A stretch of DNA of 64,000 nucleotides from Macrostomum hystrix. Lineage: Eukaryota > Animalia > Platyhelminthes. Below the pieces are notes generated by a model. It searched no databases. It had not been told where the DNA came from and worked only from the letters and a program-made list of their open reading frames with translations. Every line of letters begins with the position of its first letter. Positions within the stretch are counted from its first letter, which is position 1. Location: positions 8,928,001-8,992,000 of the forward strand of contig CATNEN010000039.1 in assembly GCA_950097015.1 (NCBI GenBank), written 5' to 3'. This document shows positions 36,201-48,200 of the stretch, piece by piece. The position numbers and the translations under genes are program-made.

Positions 36201-39200
36201 TTCTTAGACTTCAGGCATCTCAGTTCCTTGACTTCAGGTGTCTTAGTTCCTAGAGATTCTAGACTTCAGCGTGTCTCAGTTCCTAGACTTCAGCGTGTCA
36301 ATTATCCGAGCACTAGCCAAGCACATCAGCTCCATGCACCGCCACCCGCAGACGACCACACGAGGAACCTTATGGTGGCCAACCTGCAAGAGTCGTGCGA
36401 CTTCAACTGCAGCGAGCGAATGGGCGCCCAGTGCAAGGCCAGCATCGACTCAAATATTGAATGGCCGCGAACCAAGGCCGACCAGAGCACCTCAGTGCCC
36501 TGCCCGACTGCCGAGAAAATTGAGAATGCAACTGGTAGCCGTGACGATTCTAACGAATTTACATTTCGAATTGTATTTCCCAAATACCACATCCCAGATT
36601 TCTAGGAATCACTTCCGCTTTTCAGATATCTAGGAATCACTTCCGCATCCCAGACCCCTTTCCAAGATCCCAATTCAAGATCCCTATCCAAGATCCCTAT
36701 CCAAGATCCATATCCAAGATCCCTATCCAAGATCCATATCCAAGATCCTTATCCAATATCCTTATCCAATATCCTTATCCAAGATCCCTATCCAAGATCC
36801 CTATTCAAGATCCTTATCCAAGACCCTATCCAAGACTCCTATCCAAGATGCCTATCTAAGATCCCAATTAAAAATCATTTTCCCAGATAGGATACCTATC
36901 TGATCTGTACTCCAGATCCCTATCCAAAATCCCTATCCAAGATCCCTATCCAAGATCCCTATCCAAGATCCCTATCCAAGATCCCTATCCTAGATCCCTA
37001 TCCAAGATCCCTATCCAAGATCCCTATCCAAGATCCCTATTCAAGATCCCTATCCAAGATCCCTATCTAAGATCCTTTTCCAACATCCCGATCCTAGATC
37101 CCGATCCTAGATCCCTATCCAAGATCCCTATCCAAGATCCCTATCCAAAATCCATATCCAAGATCCCTATCCAAGATCCCTATCCAAGATCCTTATCTAA
37201 AATCCCTATCTAAGACCCTTTTCCAACATCACGATCCTAGATCACGATCCTAGATCCCTATCCGTGATCCCTTTCCTTGGATCCATTCTTTCAAGCTTGG
37301 TACAAATTGCAGACGGCTCGCATCCGATCGCTTATCGATCCTGCCTGAGGAACAGCAAGCAGCAGGGCAATTGGAGCCAGCCGAACTATGACCGCTGCGT
37401 CAGCAGGGAGCACCTCGAGATACTCAATGAGGTTGAGCATTGCTGAGTGTCTACCGGGGGGTTCAAGGCGTGGTTAGGGCGTCGGACTCAAGACTTGAAA
37501 GTCTGGGGTTCGATTCCCGGCTCCACTCAAACTGTGTACTTTATCTTACTTTACTTACTTTAACTGTGTACTGTAAAACTCTGGGTTGCTTTAGTTCACC
37601 CAGCTGTTAAATTGGTACCAGCAATAGCTGGAGTAATTAGGGTGTGTGTGGCGTCTCCCCAGTCCATGGACTGAACAGCCGTTCGCAGCCTTCAGATGCG
37701 CCGCGTAATAGCTGCGGCTGTGCTGTCGGCTGCACATCTGGTCCAATTGGGTCAGATGGTCTTGGGTCAGATGGTCTTGGGTCAGATAGTCTTGGGTCAG
37801 ATGGTCTTGGGTCAGATGGTCTTGGGTCAGATGGTCTTGGGTCAGATGGTCTTGGGTCAGATGGTCCCAATCCAATCCTAACCTTATGTTCAAGCAGAGT
37901 AGATAAATACCTCTCAGACAATTGGGCGAACTGCCCCGCATCCCCCATTCCAGAGCAGTGCTCTGGCGTCCATGGACATCAGCTGCCAGCCAACCCTGGC
38001 TCTCGGCCTGCTGTCAAGAATGGAGAACATCACCCAGGCCACTGTGTACAAGAACCCCATGGATCTGCACGTCATGGTCACCGCAGTGGACAATTTTGCC
38101 ACGGCCTGGGTGAGGACTCGGTTGACCAAGCAATGTCTATGGCCTCTAATCTTATCAATTTTTCTAGTGAAATATCAGGCGATTCTAATCCTATTTTCTC
38201 GTTGCAGAAAAAGTCGTGCACATCGCCCAGAATGCAACGGACAAACCTCACAGCTCTCAGGCAGCTGTTCGATGTGAGATTGTCAGCGATTTCACCTTTT
38301 TACATCGATTGCTAATGCTATTGTGTACAGCTCTTCAGTCATACGACCGCCCAACCATGTTTTCTCTAAGCCCAGTCTATGTACCGTCTATTTCTCTTAC
38401 CCCCACTTTGTCTATGGTCAGTGGTGACCAAGGTCTGACCCTGAGCTCGATTCCGCGGTGAGGCCACATTAAATTGGGGCGCAGCCGCGGAGAAGGCTTG
38501 GGGGCTTGTCCTGCAATTTACATCCTTGAAGGCCAAACTCCAAGGCACAGTCAGAGTGTACACTGCCTGATGAGAGTCAGGGCAGCTGTACACATCTGTG
38601 TGCGCGTGTGCTCAGGAGTCAGCGAGAACTGCCTCCTCGCTGGCTGCGGGTCTAGTATCATCAAGTGATTTACCATTGCCCGCAGCCCTCCAGTTATTAT
38701 TATTATTTTATTTTTTGTTATGGTCTGTATACTTTTTCATTTTCCATTATTAAAAGCGTTTTTACTACTGAGGCACTGATTGTGTACGAGTAGTATGTGA
38801 CAAGAACAATTCAGAAAATAGACTGTGTGTTACAGACTATTCTGCGGCTGAGCAACAATCTGATGTCAGGTCAGAACATGGCCGCCTGGAACCTCACCCG
38901 CCACCCGGGCCAGGAGAGCTGGCATCTGCTGTCCAACTTGCACACCGTGTTCTCGCTATACGTCTCCGAGATTTACACCTCCAAGGTGACCCAGCATCCG
39001 ATGGAGAGGCTCAGCTCAAAGAGGTTGGACTTGTTCGACATGAACTCCTTCTTCAGCGGAGAGAACATCAGTAAGAAATATTTATTTGACTGGTTTCCCA
39101 GAGAAATAGGTTCCCAGTAGTTCCCAGAGACGGATTTCCCGAGTTCTAAAAAAGCAACTGAAGCTCTAGCTCTAAAAATAGAAACGTCAGATTGCTAACT

Positions 39201-42200
39201 GACGTCACTCAGTTCCGAGGCACATGTGGGAAGGAGAATCGTAGGACAGTCGGACTTGCTGCTAAAAAATAGAACAAGAATCAATTAAACACGCTCAATG
39301 TACGTTCGGATCACGTCAAACAGGCACTCCAAGCCAGCGAAAAAGCTGAAAAAGAGGACCGAACAAGGGCAAGTCTTGGTAAATAAGGAGAACGAAGTTA
39401 TTCTGCGCCAATAATTTTAACTGCGCCTAGCTGCAAGGGGTCTAAGCCTAGTCATGGGACTAGTGACTAACTTTTTAACATACGTGTAACTTCGGTAGAC
39501 TGCCAATCTGAATTCTTATGTGGAGGGGGTTGGTGTTGTTTGGGGTGGTCGCTCTCTCATTGGCTGGCAGCACCCCAGCCTTCTACCCCGCCATCTCCCC
39601 ACCAATGAGAGAACGACTACCCCAGACACCAAACCCCTCCGTCAATAAACAGATTTACAGCATATTGTAGTCATGTATTTTCTGTTTTCGCCCTATCTTG
39701 CTTACGGTAGATACTTAGCCCGGCTAAAATTAACTTTCGACTCAAACTTCCAGTCGTCAAGGTGACGGCCTTCGATCCAGACAAATTCCTCGGTGACGCC
39801 CTGCCGGACACGGCCGACGAAAAGAAGATGGACGCCTTCGCTGTGCAGCTGGGTGGCATCGGTGTTGACAAGGACATCTTCAGGAACATGAGCCTGCTGG
39901 CTGAGCTGTACGACGGTGCCACCAGGCTGGACATGCAGGCCGCACCGGGTAAGAAAAAATATTTCTCAGAAACTATGGCGTTGTGAAACAGAAGACGACT
40001 TGTTGATTTCCTTCCTTATTGAAATTTCTCAGCAATGTACATCAGCATCCTTGCCATGTATCCGTTTGGAGATCGCCTGCTCCCGCATGTCCACCTGATG
40101 GCGGATTGGAAGCGCACGTGAGTTTCTAGAGAAAACAGTTTTTAGTATATTAGACTAGTAAATTACTACCCCCTCGAAATAAAATTTGACCATGAAGAGA
40201 CAAATTTTCGCTTCCAGCCTTGGAGCCATGTCCCACGTTGAGGACAATGTTAATAGCGCCATCTATCACGTGCTGCTGTTTCGCAATAATCGCGAAGTGC
40301 TCAAAGGACTCACTGTACCAATTAAAGCTAGGCTGAGATACACGAATGTAAGTCATTTTTCGCAGTTAAACTCGATAAATTTAATTTAGTGGTCGTCAGC
40401 ATGTTTCAATATTTAATCCATACGTTGTTGAAAGGTGCCGTACGCTCGTATTATATGATTGGTTAACCAAGCAGGTTTGCCGCTATTAGCTCAGGGCGGT
40501 CAATTAACACCAGAAATACCACAGGGGGGTATTTCAAATACCCGCATTTTTTATTTTCTGTATCTCCTAAAATATTTAACTCATCGCCTTCAAAATCCAT
40601 ATTACGGGCTAGGATTTTCCGCTCTATCCGATAACAAAAACTTCCAGAATCATAAAAATCTACATCTTTTGAGATATTCGAATAATTCTCGTCAGGGTGT
40701 CTAGTAGCGAAACCACCAATATAGGCAGGTTTTTCTGCTCGCAAAATTTTGTAAAGTAACGATGTCGCCTATTAATATTGATTATATTGTGTTGATTAAA
40801 TTGTTAATTTTTATTATAATGAACCTATGCGGATTCGTCTTATAGGTTAACAGGGAAATATCAGTTGTCCTTGTCACAAGGGTCTTCGACAAGAATGGCT
40901 GTCGGACGGCTTTGAAAGTTAGTATTTGAAATACCCAGTCGTAACAATTTGTTAAGGGACTTTCAAGGAACAGCTTTCTTTGTCCAAAAGCGATGTTAAT
41001 GAATAAGTGTTACCAATAGGAATGTCCAAGTAAGTCTAAAAGTTGGCACGTACTTACAATAATCTATTTTTATTTTTGACTTTTTCATCTTGCTTCTAAA
41101 AATAGCAACAGACGCTCGTATACAGACGGGGTGTTTCCAAAGGTAGCTCTAATTCGCGTGCCTCTAAAAATAGATAATTGGCCGCAGAGAAAATGCTGCT
41201 AGGAGAAAAGCTTACTGCTTTAAGAAAATCATTGACGCATTATTGAGCCTTGACAGTTGTTCCCTAATTTTCAGAAAGTTAACATCTCTGATGTTAAATG
41301 TGTTCGTCTAACTTTTCACGACAAGTGAGTCTATCACTGTTCTTAAATGGTTGCTTTTTTTCTTTCATTTCACACTCACAATTCACGACTGCTGTGAGGC
41401 ACAGACCTTCGAAAACCGCTTAGAGAGCTCTTCGCAGAGTTTCTCAGTTTTAAGCAAAAGCACCAGATTTTACTATTTTATGTATTAGCAAAAGTCTGCG
41501 GCGCAGATGACAATGGTCCTCTGAATGCTCCTTCTTATTATTGTGCGCATGTCGACGTTAGACTGTATTAGTGTCTTAAATGTCCCGCCTGCAGATCTAG
41601 AAAATTTGAAACCAATTTCAAACAGACTGTGGTTCGTTCACACTTGTCTAAAAACTCATTCGAAAAAAATATTCCAGAATTCCGAACAGGTAAGTGGCTC
41701 CGTCTTTTTTTGAGTATTTTTGGCAAAAAAATTGGCGCGCACCGCCGCACAGCAGCCTGTCTTTGTAGTCTTTGTCTTTGTCGTTATGGCAATTTTCACT
41801 TCTTCTGCACTTTTATTTTCTGTTTCTCTGGCTTCGCGTTTCGACTGCGAAAACTTCTGCCGAATTCTAACCGAAAATTGATTTGAAGTGAATTCCAAAT
41901 ATCATTTTTTCTAGCAGAAATATTGTAGATAGCAATCAGTTAATCAAAGGCGAAAGTCATTCACACATCATATTTTAATACATTGGATAGAAAAATTGGA
42001 AGCATATATTTATTTATTTATTTATTGATTATTTACTTTCCATCTTAGCACTTTGCGCTTTAACATTCGAGAAGGAAAAATTAGAATCAGCTGATTGATC
42101 ACTGGTTGAAATAGATTTTAGTTTGATTGGTAGTCAATAACAATGTGTCCCTCTGTCAATATGTCACTCTGTCAATATGTCACTCTGTCAATATGTCACT

Positions 42201-45200
42201 CTGTCAATATGTCCCTCTGTCAATATGTCACCCTGTCAATATGTCACTCTGTCAATATGTCACTCTGTCAATATGTCCCTCTGTCAATATGTCACTCTGT
42301 CAATATGTCACTCTGTCAATATGTCACTCTGTCTATTTGTCACTCTGTCAATGTGTCACTCTGTCAATTTGTCACTCTGTCAATGTGTCACTCTGTCAAT
42401 ATGTCACTCTGTCAATATGTCACTCTGTCAATATGTCACTCTGTCAATTTGTCACTCTGTCAATATGTCACTCTGTCAATATGTCACTCTGTCAATTTGT
42501 CACTCTGTCAATATGTCACTCTGTCAATATGTCACTCTGTCAATTTGTCACTCTGTAAATATGTCACTCTGTCAATGTGTCACTCTGTCAATATGTCACT
42601 CTGTCAATATGTCGCTCTGTCAATATGTCACTCTGTCAATTTGTCACTCTGTAAATATGTCACTCTGTCAATGTGTCACTCTGTCAATGTGTCACTCTGT
42701 CAATATGTCACTCTCAATATCTCACTCTGTCAATATGTCACTCTGTCAATATGTCGCTCTGTCAATATGTCACTCTGTCAATTTGTCACTCTGTAAATAT
42801 GTCACTCTGTCAATGTGTCACTCTGTCAATGTGTCACTCTGTCAATATGTCACTCTCAATATCTCACTCTGTCAAGTTTTCACTGTCAATTCGTCACTCT
42901 GTCAATATGTCACTCCGTCAGTTTGTCACTCTATTATTTTCTAATCCCGAATTATTCCCGAGCAGCTTCTGATTTCTTACCTGCATTTCCGTTCCATCTA
43001 ATATCTTATTTACTAGACTAGTGTCTCTGAAGTAATTTTTGGTTCAATCAAATTTGAATTGAGTTTGCCTATATTATTAGAAAATGTCCACAGACCAGTC
43101 CACCCGCACTGCAATGTCCAGGGAGGACTCGCATTGGACTCAGCGCGGCTGTTGGGTTGAGAAGGCCGGCGAAGATTTCGTGCGCTGCGCCTGCAATACT
43201 ACTGGCCTGCTGGCTATTACTACTGATATGTACAACAATAATGTGAGATGGTCTATTCACCTGTACAATATGTTGATTAATTTAGTTCCTTTGTTTCATA
43301 AGGTGTGTTCGTCAATATTTAGTCGCAAACGATAACGCAAGCTAACAGCCTGGACAAAGACCAGTTTGAGTTAAACACTACTCCAGAAATTTGAGCTAGT
43401 TTGATGTGCTGGTCCATATCGTTGTCCTTCGAAAGCTCACTTTGAAGTTCGTTTTAGATTAGCAAAAAATGTAACCAAATCACACTCCCAGTGTGGCTAC
43501 TTAGTCAGTTGAGCTGTCAGTAGTGTAGTTTGCGCATTGTCACTATTTTAAAATGGCTTGGAGAAAACTAGAATTTTAGGTGACAGGCAACGTTTTTTAA
43601 CCGATGTCAAAGAACTTCGAGTTATCATACTGAAATTAACAAAAACTTTAACTGGTTTGTTTATTTACCTTTTCTGTTCCGTTTCGACTGACCCGCGCGG
43701 TGAATTTTTGTACACTTTCCGTTTAAGCCTAACCTTTTTTTAACCGTAACACCATGACACCTGTAATTAACAGATCTCATACTATTTATTTATCAAAAGC
43801 CAACTTTGAAACCCAGTTCTTCCTTTCTGGTTTTATTTTACCTTTCATTTAGCTAACTCTACTAGCCCCACCTAAAGCTGATGGCCTGTTTACAGTGTTG
43901 CTTTTCAATTTGTTTAACATGCACCTATAAATATTAAACCAGAATCAATCGAGAAAATATAATTCTCAGGAACTTATGCTATGGAAATTAATCTAACTGA
44001 AGGGGGCTGAGCGGCAGAGCTGTCTAACGCGTTCGCCTCTCGCACCAAGGTCCCTGAGCTCGATTCCGCGGCGAGGCCACATTCATTTGGTGCGCAGCCG
44101 CGGAGAGAATTGGCTTGGAGGGCTTGTCGTGCAATTGACGCCCTTGAGGGCCAACCTCCTAGGCACAGTGAGAGTGTACACTGCCTGATGAGAGTCAGGG
44201 CAGATGTACACACCTGTGTGTGTGCCTCATTACTGTATTTGTGTGCGTGTGTGCTCAGGAGTCAGCGAAATGGGCAGAATTGCTTCCTCACTGGCTACGG
44301 GTCTAGTGTCACTAAACGGTGTGCCATCGCCCACAGCCCTCCTGTAAGGATTAATTAGTCTGACAGGTTATGTTTTAACGCAAGTTAATGTAACGAAGGA
44401 TTTTAGATTATAGCGGAAGTTATTTCACCACAAAATTGTTTCAAAGAATTTACTCATATAAATATTTTAACGGACTTTTTTAGCGAAGTTATCGAATATG
44501 ATCTCATACTTGGCTGTGAAAACTGGCTTTCACCACAAGTTTCAACGGGTATTTCGTCTAAAATGATATTTTTAAGAAAAATACCTTTACGCCTTTGTGT
44601 CCGATTCCACTAACTCCTAGAAGAGAAAGCGGTGTGGTTTTTCAATAACTTTTTTGCTTCAATGTGAACAAACTCTTCTGCTTTCAGAGAAATTGGCTTG
44701 ACCAGGTAACATGAGTAGGGAATGGCGATCACACCCGCCTGTTTTGCCAGTCACCAAATTATTCATTCCCGAGTTCCACTCTAGACATTTGACATTCTGT
44801 CGTGGCAGAAAGATTGGAACTGAATTGGAGCCTCACACACCTTTTCTATGGGACTATTCTTTTGCATGCTTTACCGTGCTCATTTTTTTATGTGACGAAA
44901 TATTCCCCAGATTTTAGAAAATGAGTATGACGAAAAAACTGAGATTCCGCATGCACAGTATTGATTGAGCATAAATCAGTGTCTCTTATTAGAAGTTCAT
45001 TAGTTTTCATCGCGTTTCGCAAGTCAAAAGTGTTCCGATTTTAAAAAGGTGCGAAAATGAGTAATCAGCGCGCTAATTAGACTACTTCAAGTAGAAACAA
45101 AAGCGCACGCGAACGATAAGTCTAGATTTATCAGAGATGCCTCCTTCTTGGGTGCCAAGCAATGAATTTTTTAACAAATTCGCATTACATCCTTACGATG

Positions 45201-48200
45201 TAACTAATATTACATTTTAAGGTAACCACTGCGTTCTATCTAATCTGTCTCTAAAGATCTTTATTCTGACATTGTCATCACTTCTTAGTCAATATACTTG
45301 CCTAGTCTGTTAGAGCCCTTGCCATCAGCTGCAACTGACAATCCCCACACGCCAGCTGCGCAAACCTTTCAGCTTTGATCCCAGCTTCGATTCCCGATTG
45401 CTTGTTGCGAGCACACCTGTTCTGCACCCTCGAATAACTGAAGTTGTAACTCGGTTAGACTCTACTGTGAAATATGATAATGAGCTGTTATATATCATAA
45501 TGAGCTGTTAGATATGATAATGAGCTGTTAGATATGATAATGAGCTGTTAGATATGATAATGAGCTGTTAGATATCATAATGAGCTGTTAGATATCATAA
45601 TGAGCTGTTAGATATGATAATGAGCTGTTAGATATGATAATGAGCTGTTAGATAAGACAATGAGCTGTTAGATGTGATAATGAGCTGTTATATATCATAA
45701 TGAGCTGTTAGATATGATAATGAGCTGTTATATATCATAATGAGCTGTTAGATATGATAATGAGCTAATAGATATCATAATGAGCTGTTATATATCATAA
45801 TGAGCTGTTAGATATGATAATGAGCTGTTAGATATGATAATGAGCTGTTAGATATGATAATGAGCTGTTAGATATCATAATGAGCTGTTAGATATCATAA
45901 TGAGCTGTTAGATATCATAATGAGCTGTTAGATATCATAATGAGCTGTTAGATATGATATTGAGCTGTTAGATGTGATAATGAGCTGTTAGATATCATAA
46001 AAAGCTGTTAGATAAGGTTCTAAGCTGTTAGATAAGGTTCTGAGCTATTAGATGTGATAATGAGCTGTTAGATATGATAAAAAGCTGTTAGATAAGGTTC
46101 TAAGCTGTTAGATAAGGTTCTGAGCTGTTAGATATTATCAGCATGTGTTAGAAATCGTACCTATTATTAGATACTAGGGATGTTCTACAAAGTTCGAATG
46201 TGTTAGATCTTTGGAGTTGTGTGAACAGTTGCATCGCAGAGCCTTCTCTTCCCTGGATTTCTCACTCGGAGGCCCACAGAGAGCTGGGTGCGCTCTAGTC
46301 GCCAGTTTTGTACCATAGACAGTTCGCTGGAACCCATGCATAAGCAGTAAATAATACATGTATTAGTAAAGCATGTTCAATATGAAATTGTCAATTTAAT
46401 TCGTGCTTTTTCGAAGCTTTTTCTCGGGCCGGAACCGATGAGATGATTTCGAAATCGAGATTGTGTCAATCAGTTTTGTGCCTCAATTTTGTGCTCTAAA
46501 TAATTATTATAGACTCCAGTTTTACTGCATATTAAATCGGAGACTTCTGCAAAGTGACAGTCTCTTTTATTTTAATCAGAAGAAGTAAATATGTATGAAA
46601 TCTTGTGTGACGAACAAGTTGTGGCATCACTGGCAACGGAAGTAAAGCAACAGGCCTCAGGTGTTCCAGACTGAAATTTCCCTTTGAAATTTATTTCCAG
46701 CTAAATCGAACCAAGGACGTCATCAAGCTGCTTGCCTATCCGTCCTACATCGGCTGCGGGGTATCCTCCATTCTCTGCCTAACGACCTGCGTTCTGCTGT
46801 TCTACTTCAGGTACAGTGACCAATTCCATGTCTAACATGTAAGGATTCCATGTCTAACATGTTGGATTCCATGTCTAACATGTTGGATTCCATGTCTAAC
46901 ATGTAAGGATTCCATATCTAACATGTTGGATTCCATGTCTAACATGTTGGATTCCATGTCTAACATGTTGGATTCCATGTCTAACATGTAAGGATTCCAT
47001 ATCTAACATGTTGGATTCCATGTCTAACATGTTGGATTCCATGTCTAACATGTAAGGATTCCATATCTAACATGTTGGATTCCATGTCTAACATGTTGGA
47101 TTCTATGTCTAACATGTTGGATTCCATGTCTAACATGTTGGATTCCATGTCTAACATGTTGGATTCCATATCTAACATGTAAGGATTCCATGTCTAACAT
47201 GTTGGATTCCATATCTAACATGTAAGGATTCCATGTCTAACATGTTGGATTCCATGTCTAACATGTTGGATTCCATGTCTAACATGTAAGGATTCCATAT
47301 CTAACATGTTGGATTCCATGTCTAACATGTTGGATTCCATGTCTAACATGTTGGATTCCATGTCTAACATGTAAGGATTCCATATCTAACATGTTGGATT
47401 CCATGTCTAACATGTTGGATTCCATGTCTAACATGTAAGGATTCCATATCTAACATGTTGGATTCCATGTCTAACATGTTGGATTCTATGTCTAACATGT
47501 TGGATTCCATGTCTAACATGTTGGATTCCATGTCTAACATGTTGGATTCCATATCTAACATGTAAGGATTCCATGTCTAACATGTTGGATTCCATATCTA
47601 ACATGTAAGGATTCCATGTCTAACATGTTGGATTCCATGTCTAACATGTTGGATTCCATATCTAACATGTAAGGATTCCACGTCTAACATTTTTGATTCC
47701 CTGTCTAATATGTTGGATTCCATGTCTAACATGTTAGATTCCATGTCCAACATGGTAAAATCCATGCATAACATGTCAAAATGCATTTCTAACATGTTGA
47801 CTTCAATTTTGTAAAAATTACCGAACCAAATTTGTGCATTTTATTTCTTTTAAGGACTTCGTCAAACACTGCGAAAATTCATCAGAATTTTTCATTGGCC
47901 ATTGTCTGCGGCCAGCTGGTCTTTGTGTTCGGCATCGACAAGCTGAAACCGGAGGTAACAGGGATTCTAATCATATCTAACTGGATTCTAATCATATCTG
48001 ACAGGATTCTAATCATATCTAACAGGATTCTGATCATATCTAACTGGATTCTAATCATATCTAACTGGATTCTAATCATATCTAACTGGATTCTAATCAT
48101 ATCTAACTGGATTCTAATCATATCTAACTGGATTCTAATCATATCTAACAGGATTCTAATCATATCTAACAGGTCTCTGATCATATCTGACAGGATTCTA

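Noticed and set aside
42127-42972. Cys/His-rich zinc-finger-like ORFs
   Set aside because: A 16-bp repeat gives the same peptide in all three frames, and the region is intronic.
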